Shown here in pieces: positions 39,030 to 53,679 of a stretch of DNA of 64,000 nucleotides. Position 1 is the stretch's first letter. Every line of letters starts with the position of its first letter. The DNA is taken from positions 1-64,000 of the forward strand of contig JAQGDQ010000927.1 of assembly GCA_030141605.1 (NCBI GenBank), in the 5' to 3' direction. Under the pieces are notes generated by a model. That model worked only from the letters and a program-made list of their open reading frames with translations. It was not told the DNA's origin and ran no database searches. Origin of the DNA: Tubiluchus corallicola (lineage: Eukaryota; Animalia; Priapulida). Made by a program: the position numbers and the translations under genes.

Positions 39030-41845
39030 AACGCGTATGTAATTCTCTAAGGAAACAAACGTGTATTGACGCTGCACGCGACGTACGTTCACACGTACAG
39101 GGGTGTATAATTCTCAAAGGAAACACCAGACATAGAGACCTGTACGCAACGTGCAAGCACACATATACAGGGGTGTATAATTCTCAAAGGAAACGCCAGA
39201 CACAGGCACCTGTACGCAACGTGCAATTACACGTATACAGGGGTGTATAATTCTCATAGGAAACACCAGACACAGACACCTGTACGCAACGTGCAATTAC
39301 ACATATACACGGGTGTATAATTCTCAAAGGAAACACCAGACACAGACATCTGTATGCAACGTACAATCACACATATACACGGGTGTATAATTCTCAAAGG
39401 AAACACCAGACACAGGCACCTGTACGCAACGTGCAATTACACGTATACAGGGGTGTATAATTCTCAAAGGAAACACCAGACACAGACAGCTGCACGCGAC
39501 GTACGTTCACACGTATACAGGGGTGTATAATTCTCAAAGGAAACGCCAGACACAGACACCTGTATGCAACGTACAATCACACATATACACGGGTGTATAA
39601 TTCTCAAAGGAAACACCAGACACAGACACCTGTATGCAACGTGCAATCACACACATGTACAGGGGTGTATAATTCTCAAAGGAAACACCAGACATAGACA
39701 CCTGTATGCAACGTGCAATTACACATATACACGGGTGTATAATTCTCAAAGGAAACACCAGACACAGACACCTGTATGCAACGTACAATCACACACACAT
39801 ATACAGGGGTGTATAATTCTCAAAGGAAACGCCAGACACAGGCACCTGTACGCAACGTGCAATTACACGTATACAGGGGTGTATAATTCTCATAGGAAAC
39901 ACCAGACACAGACACCTGTACGCGACGTACGTTCACACATATACACAGGTGTATAATTCTCAAAGGAAACACCAGACACAGACACCTGTATGCAACGTAC
40001 AATCACACATATACGGGGGTGTATAATTCTCAAAGGAAACACCAGACACAGACACCTGTATGCAACGTACAATCACACACATATACAGGGGTGTATAATT
40101 CTCAAGGTAACACCAGACATAGACACCTGTATGCAACGTGCAATCACACATATACACGGGTGTATAATTCTCAAAGTAACACCAGACACAGACACCTGTA
40201 TGCAACGTGCAAGCACACATATACAGGGGTGTATAATTCTCAAAGGAAACGCCAGACACAGACACCTGTATGCGACGTACATTCACACATATACACGGGT
40301 GTATAATTCTCAAAGGAAACACCAGACACAGACACCTGTATGCAACGTACAATCACACATATACAGGGGTGTATAATTCTCAAGGGAAACACCAGACACA
40401 GACACCTGTATGCAACATACAATCACACATATACAGGGGTGTATAATTCTCAAGGGAAACACTAGGCATAGACACGTGTATGCAACGTGCAATCACACGT
40501 ATACAGGGGTGTATAATTCTCAAAGTAACACCAGGCACAGACACCTGTATGCAACGTACAATCACACATATACAGGGGTGTATAATTCTCAAAGGAAACG
40601 CCAGACATAGACACCTGTATGCAACGTACAATCACACATATACACGGGTGTATAATTCTCAAAGGAAACACCAGGCATAGAGACCTGTATGCAACGTGCA
40701 ATCACACATATACAGGGGTGTATAATTCTCAAAGTAACACCAGACACAGACACCTGTATGCAACGTGCAATAACACATATACAGGGGTGTATAATTCTCA
40801 AGGGAAACACCAGACACAGACACCTGTATGCAACGTGCAAGCACACATATACGGGGGTGTATAATTCTCAAAGGAAACACTAGGCATAGACACCTGTATG
40901 CAACGTGCAATCACACATATACGAAACCAGCAAGCACCTGTATGCAACGTCAAACACTATACAGGGGTGTATAATTCTCAAGGGAAACACCAGACACAGA
41001 CACCTGTATGCAACGTGCAATCACACATATACGGGGGTGTATAATTCTCAAGGGAAACACTAGGCATAGACACCTGTATGCAACGTGCAATCACACATAT
41101 ACAGCGGTGTATAATTCTCAAGGGAAACACCAGACATAGACACCTGTATGCAACGTACAATCACACACATACAGGGGTGTATAATTCTCGAAACACTAGG
41201 CATAGACCTGTATGCAACGTCAATCCATATACAGGGGTGTATAATTCTCAAGGGAAACACCAGACATAGACACCTGTATGCAACGTACAATCACACACAT
41301 ACAGGGGTGTATAATTCTCAAGGGAAACACTAGGCATAGACACCTGTATGCAACGTACAATCACACACGTATACAGGGGTGTATAATTCTCAAGGGAAAC
41401 ACCAGACACAGACACCTGTATGCAACGTGCAATCACACACATACAGGGGTGTATAATTCTCAAGGGAAACACTAGGCACAGACACCTGTATGCAACGTAC
41501 AATCACACACGTATACAGGGGTGTATAATTCTCAAGGGAAACACCAGACATAGACACCTGTATGCAACGTACAATCACACACATACAGGGGTGTATAATT
41601 CTCAAGGGAAACACTAGGCATAGACACCTGTATGCAACGTACAATCACACACGTATACAGGGGTGTATAATTCTCAAGGGAAACACCAGACATAGACACC
41701 TGTATGCAACGTACAATCACACACATACAGGGGTGTATAATTCTCAAGGGAAACACTAGGCATAGACACCTGTATGCAACGTACAATCACACACATATAC
41801 AGGGGTGTATAATTCTCAAGGGAAACACTAGGCATAGACACCTGT
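39030..41845. repeat. ~70-bp satellite, about 40 copies
   Basis: Unit ggggtgtataattctcaaaggaaacaccagacacagacacctgtatgcaacgtacaatcacacatataca. It generates the many repetitive ORFs in the track. Confidence 0.98.
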
Positions 41846-42914
41846 AAGAGACATAGAGTACCAGAAAGGTCAGGCTTTAAGTCGAGTAGTTCTTGCACCC
41901 TGTTTAAATACAAAACAGACATTTCTCTAATTGGCTCGGATAATCTACAATGTACAATAACATGCGTTTCGTGTTCAAAAGAGACATTATCACACCTGCA
42001 TGCCCTGTTGTTACTACTCGTTGAACAGTTTATATAAACCTACATGCTGTCTGCAATGCAACATCCTAATTAATGTGGACAGTGTTTACATAATCTTTTA
42101 AAAAGAAATATGGAGCCATAGACGCGCATACAACTACTGTTTACTCACAGATAGTTTACACAAATGTCGGAGAAGAAACATGACAAATATACCGACAGTT
42201 TGCACAGGGGTTTTGAAAGAAACTTGTAAATGATGCGCGTTCACATGTAGACGGCTTTGAACATAGTTCTTAACAAACAGAAATGCAACAATATATCAAT
42301 GCGTACTAAGCCTAATGGCGCGTTCAAACTGACGAGTTTTCTGTCAGGAGATCTTTAAAACACATGACAAGTATCATGAAATCTTCGTTTTTCTCAGCAT
42401 AGAAGACTCAGCATATTCGCTTAATAGCATTGGGTGTTAAGTGTTTGTATCACCTGTGACGCCATCTAAACATCTATAATTGAAATAATTGATGATAATA
42501 TAGCTTTAGAGAGTTTTTGATGAATAAAATTGAAGAAAACGCCGGTGCGAAAATCTTTCATTGAATAGTGAAATAAGATATTTTTGCTTTCGTAGTGGCC
42601 TTGACACGAATAAATTTTGACACTGTTCACACGTAGAATTTGAGAATCCAGATAAGGTCGCAGTTACATGCCTATTGCTGGCATTGTTCACATGGGCGTA
42701 TGTTTTGTGCAATTATACTGCTTATTATGATAAATTTTTAGGCATAGCAGAAAACCCCAGAGTTGATTGGAGTTAATCAAATTTGAAAATGTTGTTAATT
42801 TATGCAGATTACACAGTGATGGTCCCTGTGGGACACCACTGTGAAGATTACCCTAATTGTTAGGGGCGTGTCAATGCCCCAAACTGATAGCTCAATCCTG
42901 TTTGTCTCTATGAC

Positions 42915-43060
42915 CAGACGGTTTAGACTAGCAGTAATCCGTTCGCTTTCCGTATGGGAGGTCGTGAGTTCGGTACAGCGGCTGGCTCATACCAAATACC
43001 TTAAAAATGGTACTGCTGTTGCCCTGCCATGACGCGAAGTATTTAGGGTAAAAGTGGGTA
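42915..43060 (+). mobile_element. tRNA-derived SINE relic
   Basis: tgggaggtcgtgagttcgg...ctcataccaaataccttaaaaatggtactgctgttgccctgc. Inverted homolog at 21940-22070. Confidence 0.7.
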
Positions 43061-43357
43061 GTAATAGTCTCTGTTATGTAGTTGCAGGTTGTTGTTTACA
43101 GTCTGTGCAAAATCTCTTCGGAGCTTATGTCAATTGTTGATCCAAAAAGCCGACTTTAAATAAGGATTATTATTATAGCGGATATTTATATATGAAGTGC
43201 AATGCACAGTTACCTTTGGCATATTAGTAGCACTACTATCTTGTACATACATGGTTGCTGCTAATTACATATGTTTGTATAGCACTTATATCTAAAGAGA
43301 TTACGCAATTGATTGTCGTGTATTATCGTTTATGTAGCAACTGTTATATGACGCTTC

Positions 43358-43628
43358 AGTTATATAAAAATGGACGCTGTAACTGATTACGGTGTGTTGT
43401 AAAATAAGCGCTTTACGTAATATATACAGTTCCATTATATATATATATATATATATATATAGTTCCGTTATATAAAAGTGGATGCTGTAACTGATTGTGG
43501 TGTTGTGAAATAAGCGCTTTACGTAATATATACAGTTCTATTGTATACGCTTTATATACGGTTCCATTATATAAAAATGGGCCCTGTAACTGATTGTGGT
43601 GTGTTGTAAAATAAGCGCTTTACGTAAA
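43358..43628. repeat. Three imperfect ~70-100-bp tandem copies with an (AT)n insert
   Basis: ttatataaaaatgg..gctgtaactgatt..ggtgtgttgtaaaataagcgctttacgtaa occurs three times. Confidence 0.85.
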
Positions 43629-44124
43629 TATTAAAGGTCACACGTATTTTGCGAGTAGAATTTTTTGACACTGAACTTCTTAAATCAGGCGCCCCTGAAA
43701 ATTTGCCATCAAAGATTGCAGCCTAGCTAGCCTGTTGGAAATGCGTCTCGGCTAATTGTGAGAGTGTTATCGAATTTATTTTAACCCAGAGATTTTCAAT
43801 GTCAGTTAGTTTTGCGATGACTAGTTGTTTTTAAAGTAGCCATTTACATTTTTATCCTCTTGGTGGTAAGAACAAAGTTGGCTGACCTTGGCTGACCTTA
43901 ATCAATATTTGTAAACTTCGCTTACTGATAACGGAAATGAACCCCCGGGGGGACAAGTTGAATGAATGTCGATGCTAAACGTGATAACGAGACAGAAAGT
44001 GTGAAAAAACAGTTCGGTTAATACTGAATTTGAACTCCGGACATTTGGATTGCAGATCCACATATCTTACATGTTTCAAGTGTTAATCTTGATAATTTTG
44101 ATGCGTTAGTATTAAGTATTTTCA

Positions 44125-44510
44125 CCGTTCGAGCGATTGATGATGATCGTGGAAAAGTCAGAGGTTAAGTGTACCAGACAACGCTTTTGTGTACACTTGA
44201 CGACGCCTCGCAGCTCATCCTGTTATAATACTAACAGTTTTAACATCTAGCTAGAACCTTACCTAGTTCATTTTTTCATGTTCCCAAGCGAGATCCTGCT
44301 AGTAAATCACTCTAAGCACAGACTAATACATAATTAAGTAAAGCCCATGTAAAATAACTGAAGTTACTGAACTGATGCGGCAGACGGTTTTGCTTTACAC
44401 ACATGTCACGTGTCGGTTGTAGTTAATACGCATTGCAGTGGTGCACTTAACTATTGACCTACAGAAGCTGCGCGTGCGCACAATGAAACTGTGAAAAGAC
44501 TTATTAACAT
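44125..44510 (+). mobile_element. Dispersed repeat family D copy
   Basis: Homologous to 14205-14590. Confidence 0.85.
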
Positions 44511-44831
44511 TTAATTATTTTTATAATTAATTTAAAAATAGAATAATTGCTTAATAATTAGGCGTGAACTCCCGAATCGGAACGAAGCCAAAAAGTCAAA
44601 AACAACTGCTGTTGCTGGGCTTCAGTATGTGTTGTCATGATTTATTGGCTTGTCAGCATTAGTCCTGTAAATGCTGTGGATTAGTATTCCTATTGGACTT
44701 AAAACCAGGACTGCAAAATAACTGAGAATATTAGTTGGTGATTAGTAAAGCTGTTAACATTTCTTACTAGCAAGCTATTCCGTTATTTGTGTAGATGTTG
44801 TTATTCTAGCTATTGTCAATGATATGTAAAT

Positions 44832-45300
44832 TTAAAGGAAAACCGGATGATTACGCACTTCAAAATAAAGAATGCTCTAAAATATTGAAAACTAAATACT
44901 GAAAGCTTGGATTAAATAATAATCATCTCGGATTAAATTTTGTTAGTCCCACTAACAATGGCGCCTTTTTGCCACATTCACGTGGACGACAAATAGGTGC
45001 GGCACCGTGATAAGCATGATCATGAACTGCAGTGTTCGTCTGTGACGTCAGTGTGACGTAGAGGTCATTTTTATAACATCACATCAGCATCTTATTACAA
45101 TCTTCGCTTACGTAAGATGCCTACCATTGCGCAAACTGTGGTTAGTTTGTGACGTAAACGATTGCTGTGTTCGGTTGCTGTTAAAATTTAAGCTTTGTAG
45201 ACAGTTGTGACAAATTTGTTTGTTATATTTTTCAACAGTAAGTTTGAGTGACAACAGTAAAATAAACCCAGCATGCTGAGTGACCTGTTCTTTGCTTTAA
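44832..45300 (-). mobile_element. Kolobok-like MITE, family C body with family B end
   Basis: TTAA|AGGAAAACCGG...ctttGCT|TTAA. Confidence 0.75.
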
Positions 45301-45942
45301 TTTTGTTATCATTGTAATTGGCACCATGAAAGTTCATCAGATGCTCGGATGCTGGGCGCTGAAAAGCATCCAGTCAGCGTCCATTAATTTCCCCATTGCA
45401 TAATCAATACGGTCACCTTTATTAACCTTCCAGCACTAGTTTTCAGCAAGCAAAATCCTAATCTCTACAGACAGGCTGTATATTTGCTATTCGCCTTTAA
45501 ATCTTGGCTGAGCTGAAACACGTGCAAACATTCTGGTCACGCATGCTGCCGTCCAGAGGGCAGTCATGAATAACTGGCTTTTATTAATTATGCCTTTCAT
45601 TGCTGGTAATTAAAGTGAAACAGCCATCGCCTCTGTATTGCAATTCTTAATGCAGTTAGTGTGCAGCACAATCGTAATTGCTGTGAAACCATTCTCTCTT
45701 CTAATGATATAAAGGTAGTAGTGTAGTTGTTGTAGTATGTAGTACGCCCTAAGTGAAGTCCTACTTGCCATCTTTGAAGAAGCATATGTCCGCTTCAGCT
45801 CAAGATTAGAAATTTTATGAATTCTTGATTATTGCAATTTAATTCAGTTCAATTTTTGTTATCGTTTTAGAATAGTTGCAAGAATTCATCTTTTAGTTCG
45901 GCATTGAAAATTTTTATATAATATGCTAAAATAATTGCTTAA

Positions 45943-46292
45943 TATAATGTAATGTAGTGTAATGTAATATAATATAATATAATATAATATAATATAATAT
46001 AATATAATATAATATAATATAATATAATATAATATAATATAATATAATATAATATAATATAATATAACATAACATAACATAACATAACATAACATAACAT
46101 AACATAACATAACATAACATAACATAACATAACATAACATAACATAACATAACATAACATAACATAATACAATATAATTTATATTATAATATAATATGAT
46201 ATGACATGACACAACACGACATAACATAATATAATATATCACAATACAATACAATGCAATACAATACAACACAACACAACATAACATAATAT
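45943..46292. repeat. (AATAT)n/(AACAT)n pentanucleotide microsatellite
   Basis: Direct reading. Confidence 0.97.
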
Positions 46293-47100
46293 ATTAACGT
46301 AATATATAAAACACTAAATATAATTTAAATTTGTATACTGCATAACAAATAGATTCTATACATCTTAAAAACAATCATTTTTACCACTTTCTTCACGAAA
46401 TAATATAATTTTGCATCATGTCAGAAAATGTAATAAGTACGAGGCGACAATGTGCAGCTGTAGAAAAACGCTGTGAGTTAACAGATACTTGAGAGACTGA
46501 AACGTTGTGAGCGGTAGTGGTCTAAGATGTTTGCAGGTCTAACACACCACAAGTAGTTTTGCGAAACATTTGCAAATTTAGTACGTCTGTATGTGTTTTG
46601 TGAAAATCAACTTTTCAGAAATAGAAGTTTTTTCTACATAAAGAAACAACTACAACCTTTTTACTCCTGCACCCTGAATCAGTGAATTCATTCCGCTAAA
46701 GAAGAAACTTATTATTTCTATCTATGGACAGGAAACTGGTGTCTAAATCAATATGTAAGGTTATACGAGCCTGTAAACTCACATTATATTGACACTGCCG
46801 ACTGAAATGTCATGGGAGGTCCATTTGCCACCAGATGGCGTGTTAGTAGAGGCGCATTTAATCAATAAAAGAATAAAACCACTCCTATTATTACCACACA
46901 TCCTCTGACACGGATATGATCGAATCGGTTCGCAAGCTTCATGCATAATTTAGTAAGTGTGTCGTGTTCCCTTCCCGTCATTCCTCTGTCACTACCACAT
47001 TGTTGTAGTAACGCAACGTTTGTTCAGCTGTCAGCAACTGCAACATTAATTATTCCTGTCTAATGGAAACCCTCTTTAACGCGAAAATAACCTACTTGAG

Positions 47101-47445
47101 AAAATAGTGTTGCCTTGAGTAAGTATGGCGGGTGTGTCAGGAAATAGTGTTGCCTTGAGTAAGTATGGCGGCTGTGTCAGGAAATAGTGTTGCCTTGAGT
47201 AAGTGTGGCGGCTGTGTCGGGAAATAGTGTAGCTTTGAGTAAGTGTGGCGGCTGTGTCAGGAAATAGTGTTGCCTTGAGTAAGTATGGCGGCTGTGTCAG
47301 GAAATAGTGTTGCATTGAGTAAGTATGGCGGCTGTGTCAGGAAATAGTGTTGCTTTGAGTAAGTGTGGCGGCTGTGTCAGGAAATAGTGTTGCCTTGAGT
47401 AAGTATGGCGGCTGTGCCAGGAAATAGTGTTGCCTTGAGTAAGTA
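47101..47445. repeat. 40-bp minisatellite, about 8.6 copies
   Basis: Unit gaaatagtgttgccttgagtaagtatggcggctgtgtcag. Confidence 0.96.
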
Positions 47446-47640
47446 TTTTTGCACAATATTGACTTTAGTTTGAAAACTACGTACTGGAATTTTTGCGCAA
47501 TCTTGGCTTTAGTTTGAAAGCTACGTATTGAAGTTTTTGTGCAATCTTGACTTTACTTTGAAACTTACGTACTGAAGCTTTTGTGCAATCTTGACTTTAG
47601 TTTGAAAGCTACGTATTGAAGTTTTTGTGCAATCTTGACA
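47446..47640. repeat. 44-bp minisatellite, about 4.4 copies, abutting the 40-bp array
   Basis: Unit ttttgtgcaatcttgactttagtttgaaagctacgtattgaagt. Confidence 0.9.
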
Positions 47641-49555
47641 TTAACATTAATTTCACATTTGTATATGCAATGTTTTTACGAAACCTTTGCAAGTATTACG
47701 AAGTATCTTTCATATACCTGGGCTGCTAATATTTTGAATTATTGCACAAGTAACAGTAGAATGTCGATTATTCGTCTAAATCTACAGCAGTGACGTAATT
47801 CATCTTTACAACAATAAACTGCTGCGCAGCAAAGACTAAACACACAAGGTAAAAGGCACAGAACGCGAAGCCATTTAAAAGACTATCTACCTTCTTATTT
47901 TGTTATGGCAGGTTGCCTTGACGACCAGGCGCATCTCCAGCATCCTGCTGCATGCATGGAGTGTTGAGATGTTTTGTTTGTAAGGGTTTTTTGAAAGGAT
48001 TTTGTTGGCCTGCTCAACAACAAGAACGGTGCAATGATGAACGCTTGACGAACTTGAGAACTCAAAACTGCAACCTCTTTCCGTCCTTCAAGTTCTGAAG
48101 AAAAATGTGCAAAATAACACTTCACATCTCTTCCTCCTGCAACTGTTGCATTTAGATGAGCTGAGAAGCCATTTTACATCCTATTGTATATACATGATAG
48201 GCTTCATCCTGTAAGAAAAATGACTTCAAGAAAAGTGTCTTGTGTTTGTGATGTTTAGGTTCAATTTAGTGCCTGGCTTCCTGTTATGATCAATGACGGA
48301 TTCTTAATTAATTTCAAAAAATATTAAAAGCTCACATCCTCATCCTCCGATGTTTTCTGCTGAGACGAGGATTAAATTTTATAGTGTAAATCGACACTGT
48401 AAATCAATAATGGGGTCATTAAATTTTGATGCCACAATTCATGAATATTCAGTTTTTCACTGTGTTGAGAGAATGAGAACATTCAAGGTATTAAAGGGAA
48501 GGACAAGGAAATTTAAAACTACATCCCAAACATATTACTTTCTTCATACATTTTCCATACATATTAGTTTGCTTCACGCTTACTTGTTTGATACACTTGT
48601 GTAACTGAAGGAGAAAATTCTGGATAATTTAAAATGCTCGCGCCAACTGGTAAAACGTCAATGCATCGCCATCCCAGTGTGCACCACTGATTCACCAAAA
48701 AACTAACCTTCGTTCTCATTGAGAAGTTTAATTAGGGAACGGTCCGCAATTAATGCTCTAGCTTTTTTCAAACTTAATCTAAACATGTTTCTGATGACTT
48801 GCTAAAATGTCTGCGTTTAATGGTCATCGCGAGAGTTTAAATTTGCAAGTTTTATACAGGGTTGTTACTAACGCAAGCTCTATGTGCAATAAGATGTAAG
48901 TGATACAAAATTGCAAGGAGGATTTTTAAGCTGTATTTATGAAGCGCGTTTTCTTGTGCTTTAAGCTCTTTTATTATTATTTGCACATTGTCTTTTACCA
49001 TGTTCTCATTCAACATAAATTCAAACTGTCTTCAGTCGTCTCTTCCTCTTGAACATCAAGCAGATCTTTTCTTTACCACTAACAATTTTGTGTTTCTATG
49101 AGTTCTATTTCGCTCATATATTCCTACCTTCACTGTTTTTTTGCTGCACCGTTTTTGCTGACTATTCACGTTGTCTGGGCGTTTTGTATAAAAAATATAT
49201 TACAAGTTTGAAGACCATCTTACGTGTACAGTTATGTATACAACTTAACATGATAAGAGTGTATTTTGATTATAACGTCTCGTGCACATTTCAAGATGAG
49301 CTGGAAGCACTTAGCACTTCCGGTTCTCACAGCTGCCATAAAAACAGTCTGTTTTGTCAATAATAATGTCATTGACCGCCGAATGGGCAACAAAATCAAA
49401 GATGCCGTTTGCGTTGGTTTTCCAAACTGGTGATTTGCAATATAATGGATTTTGTAAGTTGTACAAACAATACTATCGGCTATTTTTGTCTCTCAAAAGT
49501 TTGGACTCTGTAGCAAGAGTTTAATGTAATAAGTGAAAGAAATGCGTGCAGTTCA

Positions 49556-50695
49556 TAGTCATGTACGGGGCGTACCTCAAGGTTGACTTCTTGCACCCGT
49601 TTCATTGCGTATACCTATAAAATACGAGCTGTCGTGATGCAACAAAGGCATAGTCATGTACGGAGAGTACCTCAAGGTTGACTTCTTGCACCCGTTTCAT
49701 TGCGTATACCTATAAAATACGAGCTGTCGTGATGCAACAAAGGCATAGTCATGTACGGAGAGTACCTCAAGGTTGGCTTCTTGCACCCGTTTCATTGCGT
49801 ATACCTATAAAATACGAGCTGCCGTGATGCAACAAAAGCTTAGTCATGTACGGAGAATACCTCAATGTTGACTTCTTGCACCCGTTTTATTAGGTATACC
49901 TATAAAATACGAGCTGTCGTGATGCAGCAAAAGCTTAGTCATGTACGGGGAGTACCTCAATGTTGACTTCTTGCACCCGTTTTATTAGGTATACATATAA
50001 AGTACGAGCTGCCGTGATGCAACAAAAGCTTAGTCATGTACGGGGAGTACCTCAATGTTGACTTCTTGCACCCGTTTTATTAGGTATACATATAAAGTAC
50101 GAGCTGCCGTGATGCAACAAAAGCTTAGTCATGTACGGGGAGTACCTCAATGTTGACTTCTTACACCCGTTTTATTAGGTATACATATAAAGTACGAGCT
50201 GCCGTGATGCAACAAAAGCTTAGTCATGTACGGGGAGTACCTCAATGTTGACTTCTTACACCCGTTTTATTAGGTATACATATAAAGTACGAGCTGCCGT
50301 GATGCAACAAAAGCTTAATCATGTACGGGAGTACCTCAAGGTTGACTTCTTGCACCCGTTTTATTAGGTATACATATAAAGTACGAGCTGCCGTGATGCA
50401 ACAAAAGCTTAGTCATGTACGGGGAATACCTCAATGTTGACTTCTTACACCCGTTTTTTTAGGTATACATATAAAGTACGAGCTGCCGTGATGCAACAAA
50501 AGCTTAGTCATGTACGGGGAGTACCTCAATGTTGACTTCTTGCACCCGTTTTATTAGGTATACATATGAAGTACGAGCTGCCGTGATGCAACAAAAGCTT
50601 AATCGTGTACGGGGAGTACCTCAAGGTTGACTTCTTGCACCTGTTTTATTACGTATACATATAAAATACGAGCTGCCGTAATGCAACAAAAGCTT
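49556..50695. repeat. 95-bp minisatellite, 12 copies
   Basis: Unit tagtcatgtacggggagtacctcaatgttgacttcttgcacccg...gtgatgcaacaaaagct. Confidence 0.97.
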
Positions 50696-51149
50696 TCTGG
50701 AATTACATAATGCTGACGTGTGTTGGCAATTTGAATCTCATTTAAAAATATAATGAAAAGGTACAGAAGTTGTATTTTGAACACACCTGTTCATATTTTT
50801 TAAAGTTGAGCTCCGAGAAGTGTATTCCAATTCAGTTTAATTTTATTTTCTTTTATGTTGGTGTTAACTGATCAGTAAATAGCCTGCAGTGTTTGAGGAC
50901 AATGAACTCAAATAATTCAAGAATATTTCTGTTTCTTCCTCAACGTTTCATCCAACTTTTTCATACGTGAATCAGCTGGAAGCACGAGTCTTTCCATGTT
51001 ATCATGGCTTCACTTATTTGGGGTAATGAGTGTCTAACAGACTAATAATTACCAGGAAAAATGTGAACTAATTTTGTCTCGCGAGTTTCGTGCGTGTAGT
51101 TAAGTGGCTGTCTGGCTATAGGTAATCGATAAAATAAAACGTAAATGTG

Positions 51150-51570
51150 AGAAAAGCGAAGCGAACAGGAAAGAGAGAAGAAAGAGAAGGAAGAGAGGAA
51201 CTGAAAGAATGGGGAAAATAAGAAAAGGAGAGAAAAGTGTGAGGACTGAAAGGAGGACAGGAGAGAGACAATGAGAAATATTGAAAGAACACAGAAGAGA
51301 AGGCAGAAGAAGGGGGAAAGAGAGTAACAGGGAGGGAGGGAGGGAGGAAGGGAGGAAAAGAGAGTGAGTGTGCGAGTGAGTGAGAGGGGAAGAGAGCACA
51401 GGAGAGCAAAAGAAGAGGCGAAAGAATTCAAATTTCAAATTTATTCAACTCTCTATTACTCTTTTGGGAGGAAGAAACATTACAGCCCTTAGGAGAGAGA
51501 AAAAGAAGAGGAGAGGGGAAGAAGTAGAGGAAGAAAGGCGAATAAGAAACAAGAAAATAATTACAAAAAA
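51150..51570. repeat. Purine-rich (GA) low-complexity tract
   Basis: Direct reading. Confidence 0.85.
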
Positions 51571-52839
51571 CTAACAGAGATTTAATTACAAAGAAGAGAA
51601 TGGAAACTGAAAGTTCCTTCCGTCATTAAGAACTATACTATACTATATTGTAAGATTAGATTAGATTAGATTAAATTAGAGTAGATTAGATTATTATTTT
51701 ATTTCAATAGTTAGACCATAAATTACATAAAAACGCTCACAATTACAAATACATTTACATTTATAACTACAAAAAACATTTAAAACTACAATCATTAAGA
51801 AATAACAAAAGTACTACAATTACAGACATGAAACAATTCATTCAGTAACGTGAATCATTTTTGCTTTCATTTTAACCCTGCGGTCTTGTTTCAATTATCC
51901 ACAGCTAAACAATGTCAAATATTACAGTTCTTTTAGATTGTGTTTAAATATTTGAGAGTGAAAATAGATATCTGAGTTCGAAATACATTTTACATAGAAG
52001 TCTTGAGAATTTTGTAGCCTAACAGATTGAGCTGATAGTTTAACTATAACATGAAAATTAAGGGACTTCGTCATCTAAGCACATTTATCTAGCACTGCAA
52101 TCATACTAAAATGAGAATACTTTACTAATATATTCGTTATAAGTAAGTTTAAGGTTCCTGTAAGCATAGAGAAAGAAATTTCTCCATTTTGATATTACAT
52201 GGATAGAAGTACAGTAGGTTTTGAAAAGTAAAATTTCAAGTTGCGAATAATCATATTTGCTCTAAGAAAGAGGAAGGTATTTGCAACATCAGTTCAATTC
52301 AGTGAAGATATTTATTAGACTATATGGCTTCCTAATAATATGGCTTCCTAATAATATACCATTAATCGAATCGGATAGCAAACCAATGTCACAAAACCTG
52401 CAAGCGCTGAACTTATAAAAATTCTCTACGTGACCGTCGTAACTTTATTACCGAATTTCTATGAAACGTCATCCCCCCGGCTTCGAGAAGCCATCTCCCT
52501 AGCTTCGAGAAACCATCTCCCTGGCTTCAAGGAGATCAGCGCGCGCTACTCAAAGATTTTGCTTGCATGATAATGGCATTGTGTGGCCGCTAACATGTAA
52601 GCAATAAAACTCAGCAAATATGACGTCATCGCGGCAGCTGTGGCTGTCATTGAGCAGCAGCTGCAGTTTTTATCATTTCAATTTTCGCAGTAGCGCAACG
52701 GCTTCCCGCATATATATGTCCTTCCCGGGAAGAGATTATTTTCAGGAAGCAAGGTAATCGCTAGTGGGAAATATTCGCTAATAATGTCCTGCTTCCGTCT
52801 TGTCGTTCTATTATCCTTTTTTCGATTGAATGTGTCTGT

Positions 52840-53396
52840 TGGTTCAGTTGACTGAGTATGTTGGGTTTTTTGTCTGTTATCACTTAAACTTAGAAAAATG
52901 TAACAAAGAAATTTGGGGGACAACTTTCTGTAAAGCATAGAATTAAAATAAACTACACCTGAATAGAAATTTTCACGTGGGTGGTTGAGGTCATTTACTT
53001 GAAAATCATGACGTAACTGGGAGACTTCGTGAATTTTCGTAAACGCATCGTGACTTTCCGTAAACGCCCGCTGCTTAAATTAATTCAAACTTCTGCACTT
53101 TACCTAATGTTCACGCAAAAATATTACAAAATTGGTTATCTAATTTTTTTGCAAAAACTCATTATACTTTTGACGAAGATCGACAGTGCGCTACTTCTCT
53201 TCGGGACGAATGACATCATTGGAAGAAGAATGGACATTGAAAATGGGAATGTCCAAGCATGAAGTGATCGCGGTTTCAAATTGATTTTACTAGTTACACG
53301 AGGCGCTTATTGCAGTTTTATTATTAAATCCTTCTAGCATTTTTCTTGAGCATTGAAATAAGCATAACCTCCTAGATAGCTTGACCTTTCCTTTAA
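52840..53396 (-). mobile_element. Kolobok-like family B copy
   Basis: Reverse complement of 30747-31296, ending gacctttcct|TTAA. Confidence 0.8.
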
Positions 53397-53679
53397 TAAA
53401 TTTTTGAGATTTAATAACTTCGTCTGTGCAGTTATAAAGGATGTTTAATAAGAGGCGAAAGGTGAAGATGTACAAGAGCTCGCAGCTTCTTTTAGTTAAA
53501 CCCTTGACACGTTTATTGTATTTGGTGCAAAAATAGACAAACTCATGCTGTTTATACGAATTTGATAGTAGCGCCAGCTGCTGTTGGGATAATTAAACAG
53601 AATCTGTTGATGTGTCCCGCGTTGTAGTTGATTGTAAGCCTAATTTTATAGAGTTGAAGCAAAACAGGACGATTTTTCA

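Noticed and set aside
39114-41922. Dozens of 60-130 aa ORFs
   Set aside because: Translations of the 70-bp satellite in several frames on both strands.
47895-48220. Possible KCNK exon 2 or nested exon (good acceptors on both strands)
   Set aside because: No YG pore motif, and the frames I checked hit early stops.
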